A stretch of 64,000 nucleotides of DNA from Octopus vulgaris. Taxonomy: Eukaryota. A program made the translations under genes and the position numbers. This document shows positions 50,977-64,000 of this stretch, piece after piece (positions within the stretch are counted from its first letter, which is position 1; every line of letters begins with the position of its first letter). The DNA lies in assembly GCA_951406725.2 (NCBI GenBank), contig OX597830.1:62806001-62870000 (forward strand), written 5' to 3'. The notes beneath the pieces were generated by a model. The model was not told where the DNA came from, made no database searches, and saw nothing but the letters and a program-made list of their open reading frames with translations.

Positions 50977-53409
50977 CTACCCACGCACAGCTGCGCTCGC
51001 CCTCACAAGTTACTCAACAACCTTACTAGTGTTGGTGGCACAAATAAAATAAAGTACCCAATATACTTCAATAAGTGATGGGTTTTGAGAATGGCATCTA
51101 ACCATAGAAACCATGCCAAAGCTGATACTGGAGCTTGGTGTGGCCTTGTAAGCTCAGCAAATCTTGTCAAACTGTCCAACCCATGCCAGCATGGAAAGTG
51201 GATGATAAATGATGATGTTAATGATAATAATGATAATAATAATCTGCAGCTTATACCATTTGTTTTCCTATACACTTTTTGCTGTTGAGGCTATTGGCAT
51301 CCTCTGCAGAGAGTGTTTATTGCATTTGGATGGAGATCCACAACTGTGTCCTTCGGTGAAAACTTTATTACATTATGTTGGATAGTTATTATAAAAGTTG
51401 GTAATTCTAGTAAGTACAGAAGTAACCACATTATGAGCTGTATACTTGATGAAAACACTCTAAATTCCTCAGTAATAGTCATACATCTAACTTGTGTCAA
51501 AGTCTGAGAGTAATATATTCCTGATAATTATTACCGATTCACTGCTCTGATGCGAAGTCAAGCTGGGCCTGAACACGGAACACAAAATTATGCAGTGGAT
51601 AAATTCAACACAGAGTAAACCAGATCACCTACCTATTGCATTTGTTATGTCTAATGTTGCCAGAAAACTGAAATGGTTAAGTAATTGCAGCATAGAAGAG
51701 CTATTTAAGTGATTTAGTAAACAGAAATAAGCTGTTAAAATATCACTTCTTGTTTATTTAGTAGCGATGTCAACGTTCTTTTTGTCCCAAAGTAATCAGT
51801 GAAGCCGTGTCAATGAGCCGGATATAACTGTGGGACTAAAACTTTCGATACCTTGAGGAATAAACGAAATGGGAAGTCAACATTTTTGTGTGTGTTTGGA
51901 ATTTCTAAACTGTGTGTTTCATTCTGTAATTGTTTCAACACACGGATTTCAGATTATGTCACTTACCAGACAAGTGAGTACACCTTAAAAATAGAATGGT
52001 TAAGTTTAGAAGAATAACAAAGAGCTGGAAAAAAACCCATACAGGAATGTTGATTTAATTTTGTATTTATTTTTCGAATAAGTTACGTCACAGCCGGGAT
52101 GTTTGGTTCGGCAGCTGATCGTTGTTGTTGCTCTAATTTCCAGCGCTTGTTTACAATAGAGACATGAAGGTTTTGTTTATAAAACGTATTTAGATATATT
52201 TTTTCAGAAGTTCCTGTTATTGTATTCTGGTCACATTAACATACTGACTTTCTAGGGTATAGTCACACTTGGGCAATCTTTGAATTTAGGACACCAATTT
52301 GAATTCTGTCAACCAACAGTGATGACGAAGGCGAAAACGACATGCTGTGCTTTGTTTCTTAAGAGTGAAAGAAAAGGAACTGGAGAGGGATTTGAATATA
52401 GAATGTAAAAAAGTGTAACAAACTAGCACAAAGTATTTTAATTTGAGGCTCCACTGATTCTGCCAACCACGACCTACTATATGTATTAATCGTTATAATA
52501 CACTATAATACACATCATAGTCATGTGTATATTGCATTCTGGCCATGTTAGGACACTGACTTTCATGAATTTAACCAATCCTTGTGGATGGTCATTGAGC
52601 GTAGGACATCACTGCTTTCATCAATAAATTATCAGAGAAGTGAACGTGATGTTCTAGACGCAAAGACCGCCCAGTATTGTCAACAAAATTTGTAGTATTG
52701 AAATACAAATTCGTAAAAGAGTGTAACAAGCAGGAACAAGGTATTTTAGTTTGATGCACCACCACCACTACCAGCCACCACCACCACCACCATCGCCACC
52801 CACCTGTTAATCGTCATATAATAAACATCATAGCCAAGTGTTTAAATGTCAAGTTGTGTGGAGTGTTTAGAGATGAATTACATAGCATACTAAATATACC
52901 AACAATTACTGTAACTTCTGCTGTCAGTGAACGAAAGATAAACCCCGCCTTTAATGACATCCCAATAGAAACCACAGGGACAGCATGTTTATGCATCCCA
53001 TCTGTTTGTTTGGAATATTGCATTACATTGAGGAAGTTGTTCTCTACAACAAACACCTCTACGCATCAAACATTAGCCAAAAGCTAATGAAGTTTATTAC
53101 ATAACATTTGGGTTTTTTTTCACTGTCATCGCTTTGTTTTCTGTTACCACTCGATACTCATATAACATTGTATTGTGGACCATACGTATATCGAGTTCTA
53201 CACCAGGTGTTTAGTCTCGCTATATATAGCGAAATAATAAATCATGTGTGTGTGTGTGTGTGTGTACGTTACAGGATTCTTTAGAATCTAGGCATATCAA
53301 TAAATAGGATGCCAGGACTGGCTATGTACCATAACATCTAGTTCACAGTGCAGTAAAGACAACCACGGTGTGACATGTGTTGGTAGTGTACAGCAGTATA
53401 TATATATAT

Positions 53410-53911
53410 ATATATATAAAACTCTAGTTGTGTGAGTGTCTGTCCCCTTCGATTTAGATTCCTAACTCCTCCCACATTTTGCGGTGCAGTTTAACCAAAT
53501 TCGGGTATCTTATAGTCGTGATTCATATCGAGCCCGTCTGCCTATTAGCGCGCGTCAACGATGAGTCTACGATTTTAAAAATAATTTAACATCATTTTTT
53601 ATTCCATTTTAATGCATAAAATGCATCATATGTCGATGGCGGTGGAGTTGGCGTCCACGCTCACAGCTGCACCTGTTTGCTTCTCCCCCTTCCCTCCCTC
53701 GTGAAGCTGTGGGGAAGGGAGTGTAAAGAAATCAACGTCGTAATGCGTTGTGAAGGAAACCAGCGTTCTTTTAGAACAACGACTTCATGGCTTGAAGACA
53801 CCAAAACAAAAATGGCTAAGAAAGCCCGAATTTATAAGGGAAGTAACTCTCTAAAAATGCTTATATAGTTATTTCCCTTACAAACCCGAGCAACGCCGGG
53901 CGATATTGCTA

Positions 53912-53912
<1 letters not shown>
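53410..53912 (+). mobile_element. Non-autonomous Helitron-like element (copy 2)
   Basis: 3' hairpin plus CTAG; matches 25383-25891. Confidence 0.8.
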
Positions 53913-53955
<43 letters not shown>

Positions 53956-54113
53956 AATATATAAACAACTTATAAACAAGAGCAAAAGAAAAAAATTCAA
54001 TGCCAAATATGCTGAAATAGACTTAATTGTCAATAACCATAAGTCTGCTCATGACTTAGTGTTTACTTCTTCCATGGGTACAAGAAAGTATCTCATTTAT
54101 TCTCTTATTGTAG

Positions 54114-54175
54114 TTATCGCTGATGACGAGAAAATTCTAAATGAATTAACTCAGAAATTGGAACCGATCGGATAA
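54114..54175 (+). ncRNA. Type I hammerhead ribozyme motif between 41-bp inverted repeats
   Basis: UUAUCG-CUGAUGA-C-GAG-AA-AAUUC-UAAAU-GAAUU-AA-CUC-A-GAAA-UUGG-AA-CCGA-UC-GGAUAA; G-G mismatch at the base of stem I. Confidence 0.7.
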
Positions 54176-55279
54176 TAACGAAATTTTTTTAGAAATTTCT
54201 ATCGGCTTGCTTTCAAGATGCGTGCTTATAGTGATAAATTATATTAGGTTATTGAGGATTAAGTCTATTTCGGCATATTTGGCATTGGGGTGGAGGAAGG
54301 GTATCTTTTTTTCTTCGCAAATGTAAATAAACCCAATCTGTTTCTTAAACGAGGGATATATTCATACAGCACGGAATGTTTTCACCCAAAATGGAGGTCA
54401 GCGATTGGTTAAAATTGCCGAAATGCTTGAAATTAAAGTGGAAATATGTTACAACATATAGAATTTTCTCAATAAAGCCAAGAAAAAATGATGTTTTATA
54501 AACACATTCTACCAGTATACGAAGTTTAAAAGTGTTTTGTTGACTAGAAATTGTGTTGACATGTGTCGTTCAAAAGGAAAACATCCAAAAAATGTTATTT
54601 AGATATACTTTTATTTCAGTTGTTTGCCCTATTTTACGCTTGTTTATGCTCTTATACATTCAAAGTTCGCAAATGTCCTTATTTAAACTATGAATCATAT
54701 CCCTTTTGATAATATCATGATTACAAAACTTCTTTGTAAACGTTATTTTCTGTTTGGCTGACACTAATTTTCAAACTACTGGGAGTCCGTTGCTCTACTC
54801 TTAGCGACGTATAACTGGCCGAGTGTAAACATCGGAGTGAGTAAAAATACACCTACACGATCTAAAGTCTGGCTCTGTGCCTTGTTTGCAGTGAATGCTC
54901 AAGCGGAATCGTTAGAATCGCAAAGAATCAAACTAAGGCTTACCTCTCACTATTTTATGCGAATAATGTCTGGATGTTCTGGTACCATGGGCTATTTTGA
55001 TTGACAAAACTGAGATGTAAATGAGAGCCGCTACGATTAGCCGTTTCGAATCCTGTTCGAGACTGACACACTTCAATAACCACTAAATAACCACACAGAC
55101 TATATACTGACACACACTTTTTCCATTTAATTTTCGCTCTTAACCGTCCTCGCGATCGCCTTCGTTTCTACAATGGAACCACGAACTATTCGATGAAAAT
55201 CCAGAGTTATTTGCAATCGGTGAATTTTTGATAAAAATGCGGTGGTTTATCTATTCAAAATTCGATATCCAGGAAATAT

Positions 55280-55745
55280 TCATACTTTCTGGGGTGTTTT
55301 TAATGATAAAAACCTTCCTCACGACCGTCTTTGTAATCCCGAAAAATATTGTAACCATTGGTTCAGCCATCTGGCCGTGAAGAGGGAACAGAGACGGACA
55401 GACATAACGCCCAGTATAGTAAGATAGCAAATCTGGCCATCTACGATGGGAAATAAAGGGATAGTATCGCAAATCTAAACCCCCTAAGTTCACGAACTAT
55501 ACAGGGAGGGGGGAATGCAGAGTTAATACTCGTCGCCGGAATTTTAACAAGAAAATCAAAGGTGATTTATTAATACAAACCTCAATATCCACTAAATAAT
55601 CATATTTTAAACATTTTTTTATCGCTAAAAGCCTTCCTGATTACCTCCTTCGTAATCCTGAAAGACATTGTGACCATTGATCCAGCCACTTGGCCGTGAA
55701 GAGGGAACAGACACACGGACATAAGGCCCATATATAGTAAGATAA
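55280..55745 (+). repeat. Two diverged direct copies of a Helitron/Helentron-like 3' end
   Basis: aaccttcct...tggccgtgaagagggaacaga...tatagtaagata at ~55290-55427 and ~55610-55745. Confidence 0.6.
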
Positions 55746-56488
55746 CTGAGTATGAGATTTCATTGTCGTCACTTCTGATTTCTGTCGCAAATTACTTTCA
55801 CTTTTATTTTACGACACTAACTTGTTTGTGAACTAAATATATACTTACGAATAGGCTTATTAACAGATTTGCACTTGACCGAATTTTCGCTGGAAGAAGG
55901 TGACGAAGGATGCGTGAGAGAGAAAAATAGCTGCCACCCACTCACACTTTGTATTTGATGTTTTAACTTGCATTTTCTGTTTTCATTGAAAGATCAGTAA
56001 CCTGTTCCTTCCCTACGAATTCCCAAATTAACATTGACCCGTTACAAATTGCTCGGTGCATCGATGACACGTATTCCACTTGACACAGTCTAATATATGA
56101 CATTAAAATTAGAGTCTCTCTCTCACGTACGTACATACAGACGCGCATACACACACAGAGACATAAATACATACACACACACACACACACACACACTATG
56201 TCTGAAAAGAGAAGTCAGTTGAGATTTTCTCAAGATCAGCAAAGCATTATATATATAGATAGATAGATAGAATATATATAAATATATAGATAGATAGATA
56301 TGTGTGTGTGTGTGTGTGCCTATACACACACAAACACACTCACTCACTCACAATACGTGTGTGTGCGTGAGTGAAAGAGTGAAAGAGAAGCACAGACGAG
56401 CAGAAGAGAGCTTGACATGTCATGTAAGTCTTGAAGTGTTTCACAATTTCTAGGTTAGATACTTCTTCACACCGATCTTGAGATTAAG

Positions 56489-56524
<36 letters not shown>

Positions 56525-56548
56525 ATGTGTTTACATAAACAGGTACAC

Positions 56549-56611
<63 letters not shown>

Positions 56612-59388
56612 AAAGGGGCTGTGTAAGAGAAAGAGAGACACAGCAGCGAGTGTAGGAGGATTTTCTCAAACTAGCCTTCGTGCTTCCTGTACAAAGTCCA
56701 TGTTTCACATCCGCAAAAGCATTCCTCTGGCGATGACAACAAGTTGTGTAGATTTTCAATTGTCCATGTGATAAGATGTAATATTTGACCAATGGAGGAC
56801 TGAATTCTCTAAATTTTATCTGAGGAGCCATCTACTGATTTTAGGTTTTTTTTCCATTAACCAGGTCAGTTTAACTTAGCAAGGTATGCTAATGGCACAT
56901 ATGCTTGGGCTCTTCATTTTCAAAGGACCCGGCCTAAATATTTGCAAGCTATCTATTCCAATTCAGTGATATTGTGGTTTATTTGAATAGGTGGTCCTTT
57001 AGATCTGATATATGGAATATTTATAAACTTGTAACAGTTCTCAGTTTGGAAATTTCCACATGTAAAGATACAATCTCACAGAGCAAAGTGACATAGCTTC
57101 ATGTGGATTGCTCTGGACTAAATTTGAATTTGCCAGCTTTTATAACCTTTAGCAAAAGTTTCTAGAACTTTCCATTAAGCTATTTGATAGAGCTCACACA
57201 CTTCTTTTAAAGCCCACCACGTCGACCAAAACAAGCCAACCAATGCTGATTGGTTGAGTCACATTCACGTAGGCATTAATGCCTGTTACGGTGACACATT
57301 GCTTTTTATGGCAATATGGTAGGTCGTGGACCTGAGCTGGGGAAATCTGAGAGTGAGGTTCAAAGCTCAATGGGAACCATGCTACAAAGGAAAGTCATAA
57401 AAAATATTGGCACTCTTTTATTCATTTCAATTATCCCCTCTCTTAGATACACAGAATGCTAACTTATCTATCAAATTAATATGCAGTTAGATCTATAAAA
57501 GTAACTATAATATGACTCTAGTGAAATACATCTAGAAAACTAATAGAGATGGGATTGTATAATCCCACTTCTGTGACAGCTGATTTATATTTATTTATTT
57601 TGATTAACAAACAAAATCCTAATAATAATTCTTGTGTGGAACGAGAAATAAACTGAGAAATATTGCAATTCTATAAATATTAAACCGTTTGGGGATTGGG
57701 GTACTTCTTTACATTTAAAGAAGTTTCAACACATCATTTTTACTTGAACCTAAGCCTAAATATTTTATTGAATTTTTATGCTTCAGACTGCATATCTGAA
57801 GGACCAACATCTATAGACATTTTTATTTACCCCCAGAAAGTCTGGATTAATTTAGCAAGATTAATACGTGTTGCAGGCTCGGCATTTTCAAGGGACCCGT
57901 GCTAAGCGCTTGCAAGTTATCAATTCGAATCTTACTGATTCTGCGGTGTATTTAAATTGGAACTCCTTAAATCCCTTTCAAATATACTGATGTTTGAATG
58001 GGATCTAAAAGACTATATATGTTGTATTTTAAATATGTATATAGACCAAGCATGTGCTATCTTTTTGCGAGAAGATACATGATGAATAGGGCACCAGATT
58101 AAGTCTGTCTCCCACCAAATTGAACTCATGATTCATCATCAGACATGGCGGACTACTAAAATAATTCATGGCAATTTTAATAAACGTTATTTCCCTAATG
58201 AAATTAGATATGCCACTCAAAATGCCCCGTGGGCTGCAGTTTGCTCATGACTGGTATAGACTATACATATCCAATATATATAGTCAGGCTCACAATCATG
58301 AGATAGTGAGTTCAATTCCTGGACCGAACTGTATGTTGTATTCTTGAGCAAGACACTTTATTTCACGTTGCTCCAGTTCACTCAGCTGTAGAAATGAGTT
58401 GCAACATCACTGGTGCCAAGATGTATCAGCCTTTGCCTTTCCCTTGGATAACACTGGTGGTGTGCAGAGAGGAAGCTGGTATGCATGGACGACTGCTGGT
58501 CTTCCACAAACAAGCTTACCCAGATTTGTGCCTCAATGGGTAACTTTTTAGGTGCAGTCCCATGGTCAGTCATGACTGAAGGGGGTCGTCCATCCTATGT
58601 TATGTGTGTGTGTGTACATATATATATATGTGTGTGTGTATGTATGTATGTATGTATTTCCTTGTATGTCTCCACTGTCCTGTTTTTGTTCCCAGCTTTG
58701 ACTCTCCAGAAATTCAGAATTTTATTTTGGAATTTATGAGACCAACTGTCTTCCAAGACTCATATTGTCATTGAATGCTCAAAGTGAGGAGTAAATAGAC
58801 AGCCGACAACTGATGAAGGGTCGTTCTCTGTGTTACTTGTCCTTTTTTTCTATTTTTACTCTCATTGTTTGTGTATTTAACTCGTTGTTTTCGTACTTCA
58901 TGTTGTTTACACAGTTGGTGATGTCCTGTACCCATATATGCATATATATATATATATATACATACACACATACATACATCCATTCATATATATATATATG
59001 TGTGTGTGTGTGTTTCAAATATGGAGTTACATCCTTAAAACTAATTTTATTCAGTCAAGGCTTGACCAGCTTATTTCTTCTATGATTTTGATGTGGGCGT
59101 AGGCATGGTAGTGTGGTTAAGATGAACTAAGGAGCACTGTTGGTTAAATTGGGTTGGACACTCTCACGGTTTCAATGGAAATATCTTTAAACAATTAAGT
59201 CTGAAATATAAGTAAAACTGTTTGTCTTTGTGATGACAAAACCCGGATCTTACATTATTATTATTTATATAGTAACAACAACAATTATAACAACTAGTCA
59301 CCAGGTTTATGTTATCTGAGGTTGCAATAAAAGCAACGTGACACCTGATATCTTATTAATGGTTGCCGCTAACACTACAAAGTTTTTT

Positions 59389-59746
59389 ATTACCTCCATC
59401 ATGCTAAGGTGTGTTTGTTTGTTTGTTTAAGTCTGTAGACAAGATATTTCAAGAACTGGTGGATGGATTCAGATGAAACTTCCAGGGATGTTTGGCCTCA
59501 TGACTGACACAAACTGATTAGATTTTGGGATCGATCTGGTAGCAGACAAGGATTCTGGATTATTTTTCTGTTTTATTTTTTTTTACTTAATATTTGAGAG
59601 CGGTCAGGTTCATTTTCAGTATTCTCGTTTGTGAGAGCAGTCGAGTTTATTTCAGATATTCTCATTTTAAAAATTATCTGGCTAATCTTTGAGAGGATGT
59701 TGGTGTTGCCTTGGCAGAGGTTTGTGCTCTCAGGGTGCTCTTGTTT
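59389..59746 (-). mobile_element. HINE-like element (copy 2)
   Basis: Reverse complement of 20436-20811. Confidence 0.65.
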
Positions 59747-60825
59747 TACTTTATTTTATTTCATATTGTAATTCACGAACAATGGTGCTGTTGATTGGAG
59801 GTTTCCTTTCATTCTTTTCTACTCTAGGCACAAGGCCTGAAATTTTTGGTGGTGGGGAGGGTAGTCGATTAGATCAACCCCAGTATACAACTGGTTCTTA
59901 ATTTATCGACTCCGAAAGGATGAAAGGCAAAGTCAACCTCGGTGGAATTTGAACTCAGAACATAAAGACAGATAAAATACCGCTAAGCATTTTGCCTGGT
60001 GGGCTGACGATTCTGCCAGCTCGCTGCCTTTAAAAGTGTGAAGAAGAAAGAGATAATCCTTTCTACTTTAGGCACAAGGCCTGAAATTTGGTGGGGAGAG
60101 GGGCAGTCGATTAGACCAACTCCAGTACACAACCAGTACTTAAATTATCAACCCCCGAAGGGATAAAAAGTAAAGTTGACCTCAGTGGAATTTGAACTCA
60201 GAATGTAGCGATGGGCAAAATACTGTTAAGCATTTCATCCAGCTTGCCACCCTGATTCACCACAGTTCTGACAACAAGAAGGTAAGATCATTGGTGTGTC
60301 TAACTCAGACATGCTTTCTGCATTCTGAGATCAAATCTCATGGCTGTCAACATTGACTTTCATCTTTACTGAGACAATAAATAAAGTAACAGTCTGGGCG
60401 TTGGATTAGCAGAATAACCAAAGTGTCAGATGCGTTATATTGCGGTATTTGCTCTGGTTCTTTGCGTTCTGAGTTCAATTTGGTGGGAGTCAGACTTAAT
60501 CTGGTGCCCTATTCAACACCACCGCACGGTCACTTAGTGCTCCTAGTGGAGGAATCCCCTCTGTTGGAAATTATCAGATCATGCATATCGGTGGTTCTCA
60601 ACTGGGACCTATATGGCCCTTTAGGGGTCGATATAAGATTTTGTTGTTAAAATTTATCTGTAATAAATTTGTTGTACATCTACAATACATAAAATATTTT
60701 TATTATTTATTTTTATACAGTTCCTAATAATATTTAATTCTAAAAAATATAATGGGATTTTTTAAACATTGAACGGATAAGAAGGTCCATCGGAGAAAAA
60801 TAGAAATCAAGAAAAATAGAAAAAT

Positions 60826-61230
60826 AGGCACAGGAGTGGCTGTGTGGTAAGTAGCTTGCTTACCAACCACATGGTTCTGGGTTCAATCCCACTGCATGGC
60901 ACCTTGGGCAAGTGTCTTCTACTATAGCCTCGGGCCGACCAAAGCCTTGTAAGTAGATTTGGTACACGGAAACTGAAAAGAAGCCCGTTGTGTATATGTA
61001 TATATATATATATGTATATGTATGTGTGTGTCTGTGTTTGTCCCCCCCAGCATCGCTTGACAACCGATGCTGGTGTGTTTATGTTCCCGTAACTTAGCAG
61101 TTCGGCAAAAGAGACTGGTAGAATAAGTACTAGACTTACAAAGAATAAGTCCTGGGGTCGAATTGCTCGACTAAAGGCGGTGCTCCAGCATGGTCACAGT
61201 CAAATGACTGAAACAAGTAAAAGAGTAAAA
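60826..61230 (+). mobile_element. SINE family A inserted in a hAT-like MITE
   Basis: Full-length match; MITE-like sequence on both sides. Confidence 0.85.
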
Positions 61231-61934
61231 GGGGTCAATAGATAAAAAAATAGTCAAAAAGCACTTATGTATATGGTTCCAAGATAACTTTTCCTTTCCT
61301 TCCTCTCCCTCTCAGCCATCTTGGGTCAAAGGCACTGCTTTTCCTTTTAACAAAGGGATAAAAATATATAACAAAGGCATGAAAATAACATTTGCCCTCC
61401 CCCATTCTGTCGTTATATTTAAGTTATCACATCTATTAGTGCTTGATAACTCAATCTGTTTATATCTGTCATTATTTTGAGGTTTGATAAATGTTTGTGA
61501 TAACCAAGTTTCGCTGAAGAGGTCAAATAAGATAGGAATATCTCCGAGTTGTCACCCTTTTTATCAAAGCCCAGCTTCATGCTAAAATTCAAAGTTGTCT
61601 CGTCTGCTTTTCTTGGTTGTAATTATAATTACTCATTAAGCTAATTTTGTTTTCATTCCTCATTACAACTGTGGTTTTTAATTAAAAACAAAAAATGTTT
61701 TGTTTCAATACATTGAGTTTGTTTGCAACAACTTGACTATGTTTCCTGCAGAAGGCAGCCCTTGGTAATTTCCACTCCCACTCCCCTGTTGAGACCCCCA
61801 AATCACTTCCACCCCACCCCGCCGCCTTCACCTCAGTCATTCTTTTAAGTTGTTACAACCGTATTATAAGCAAGTAGTGTCATGATGTATCTGTTAAAAG
61901 ATCGATAAAATAGATTGTGAATCACACTGCATGA

Positions 61935-62316
61935 AAGAGAGAGAGGGGGGAGAGGAGTGTGGGAGAAATAGAGAGAGGGGAGGGGAGGAAGAAAGAGGAA
62001 GAAAGAGAAAGTGAGATGGAAATGAGAGATGAAGAGAAATAAAGAGAAAGAGGGGAGAGAGAATAAGAGAAAGAGAATTAGAGAGAGAGGAAAGAGAAAT
62101 GAAGAATCAGAGAGAGAGAGGGATTAAGAGAGGGAGAATGACAGAAAGAGCAGAGAGAGAGGGAGAGAAAAAGATATAGTAAGAGTGGAGGGAAATGAGA
62201 GATGAGAATGAGAGAGAAAGCAGGGAAAGAGGCAAAAAGAATATGAGAAAGGATGAGAGAGAAAGAGAGGGAAAGATAGAAAGAGAGGAAGAGATGATGA
62301 GAGTGAGAGAGAGAGC
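61935..62316. repeat. Purine-rich (GA) low-complexity tract
   Basis: Direct reading. Confidence 0.9.
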
Positions 62317-62637
62317 ATTACTCTCATAATCAGATTATTATGAAATCTCTCCTTACGCTGGCACCAACACCATAACTTAAAGTACATACACGCACACACA
62401 CATACATACACACATATATGCACACGCATGCAAACACACACACACACACAGGTAAAGCGTTGCATTCAGATAACCAATGTTAATCATATATTGGTACATG
62501 CACACAGATGGTATAGCTATAGGCTCACCTTTGGAATTTGACAGAAACTGTGTTAATATATATAGTTTCTTTAAGAAAATCAATAGTTGTACATACTTAG
62601 GTGCATACATAAATTTACATATGCTTATGAATATACT

Positions 62638-62672
<35 letters not shown>

Positions 62673-62824
62673 TCATGCACCTTCACACATATACTGATGT
62701 ATGCACACACAAACTATGTATATATATATATATATGTGTATGTATATATATGTATATATATACATACATATATATATGCATGTGTGTATGCGCTCACACA
62801 CACACACATATATGTATGTATGTA

Positions 62825-62885
<61 letters not shown>

Positions 62886-63028
62886 ATCTGGGTAGGCAGT
62901 AGCTCATCATGAAATACTATGTCAAAATATTTTGGCAACCAACAACATCTATCTATCTGTCTGTCTATCTATCTATCTATCTTTCTTTCTATCTATATAC
63001 ACAAAGGACATTTTCATTTTTCCAAGCA

Positions 63029-63093
63029 TCAAACTAACACACGTGCTTGTGGTTCACACACCTGTCTTCGTCTTTTATTTTTCTATAGATTTC

Positions 63094-63127
<34 letters not shown>

Positions 63128-63246
63128 CAAGTCTACAGATAATATAAAACGAAGACAGGTGAGGGAGTAACAAGCAGGTGTATTAGTTTGAGGCTCTGGA
63201 AGAATGGAACAGTCTAACTTTTTGAGCCTAGCTCTTCAACAGAAAG
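63029..63246. mobile_element. Two inverted Penelope-like terminal fragments joined at (TA)n
   Basis: tcaaactaa...cacctgtcttcgt / acgaagacaggtg...ttagtttga; decayed hammerhead-like motif at 63212-63246 (-). Confidence 0.55.
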
Positions 63247-64000
63247 GGTTGAGGGGGGAAAAAAGGGAGAGAGAAAAAAATGTGTAGGGATTAATGGTTC
63301 GAAAGAAGACCGTTGTATATATGTATATATATCTATGTGTGTGTGTCTTTATGTCTATGTTTGTCCCCCACCACCTCTTGTCAACCAGTGCTAGCATGTT
63401 TATGTCCTTGTAGCTCAACAGTTCTGCAAAAAAGGACCGATAGAATAAGTACTAAATTTTGAAAAATTTTGGGGTCGATACATTCGACTAAAAATTTTTC
63501 AAGGTAGTGCCCCAGCTTGGCTGCAGTCTAATGGCTGAAACAAGAAAAAGATATATAAATATATATATATACATATGTATGTATGTATATATAAATTAGA
63601 GAAAAAACACTATTATATAATTGAAACAATGATAGACGTAAATCATACCATATAGAAAAAATAAAATATATGATAAAACATTTACCTAGATCACAATAAA
63701 GTACATAATATGTACTTTATTATGTACTTTATTGTGATCAAGGTAAATGTCTATCATTGTTTGAATTACATAATAGTGTTTTTTAATACTTTAATATAAT
63801 AAAATTGAATTTTTCCCTGTAAGTTTGGAGTTATACTCCCTAATAATATTGTTATTATTATATTATATATATATAACATCTTTTTATCTTTTACTTGTTT
63901 CAGTCATTTAGACTGTAGTCAAGCTGAGGCACTACCTTGAAGAATTTTAATTGAACGCATCAACTCTATGACTTATATTTTTAAACCTGGAACTTATTCT

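Noticed and set aside
51291-53087. Short hydrophobic ORFs (51291-51500, 52814-53056, 52854-53087)
   Set aside because: No family motif recognised; lengths are within chance expectation

Overview
AT-rich, microsatellite-saturated animal genomic DNA. The SINE families and their density point to an octopus (coleoid cephalopod); this is an inference. I find no intact protein-coding gene, and almost every ORF in the track comes from (TA)n, (CA)n, (TAA)n or (CAT)n repeats or from SINEs. The window holds dozens of tRNA-derived SINE copies from at least 5 families, a full-length but frameshifted mariner plus several Tc1/mariner remnants, RTE LINE fragments, a stack of R4/Dong-type LINE 3' ends in a (TAA)n tract, Helitron- and Helentron-like elements, MITEs, an interstitial telomere tract and a few possible minus-strand exons. 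The main unexplained signal is a set of type I hammerhead ribozyme motifs. Five have a complete core (10819-, 19994+, 48869-, 50207-, 54114+), one is a point-mutated mirror copy, and several are decayed. They have palindromic or near-palindromic stem III (dimer type) and sit in short non-coding elements that are mostly (TA)n-associated and often inverted, resembling Penelope or retrozyme elements. One lies downstream of a tRNA-like Pol III head in a ~280-nt unit.
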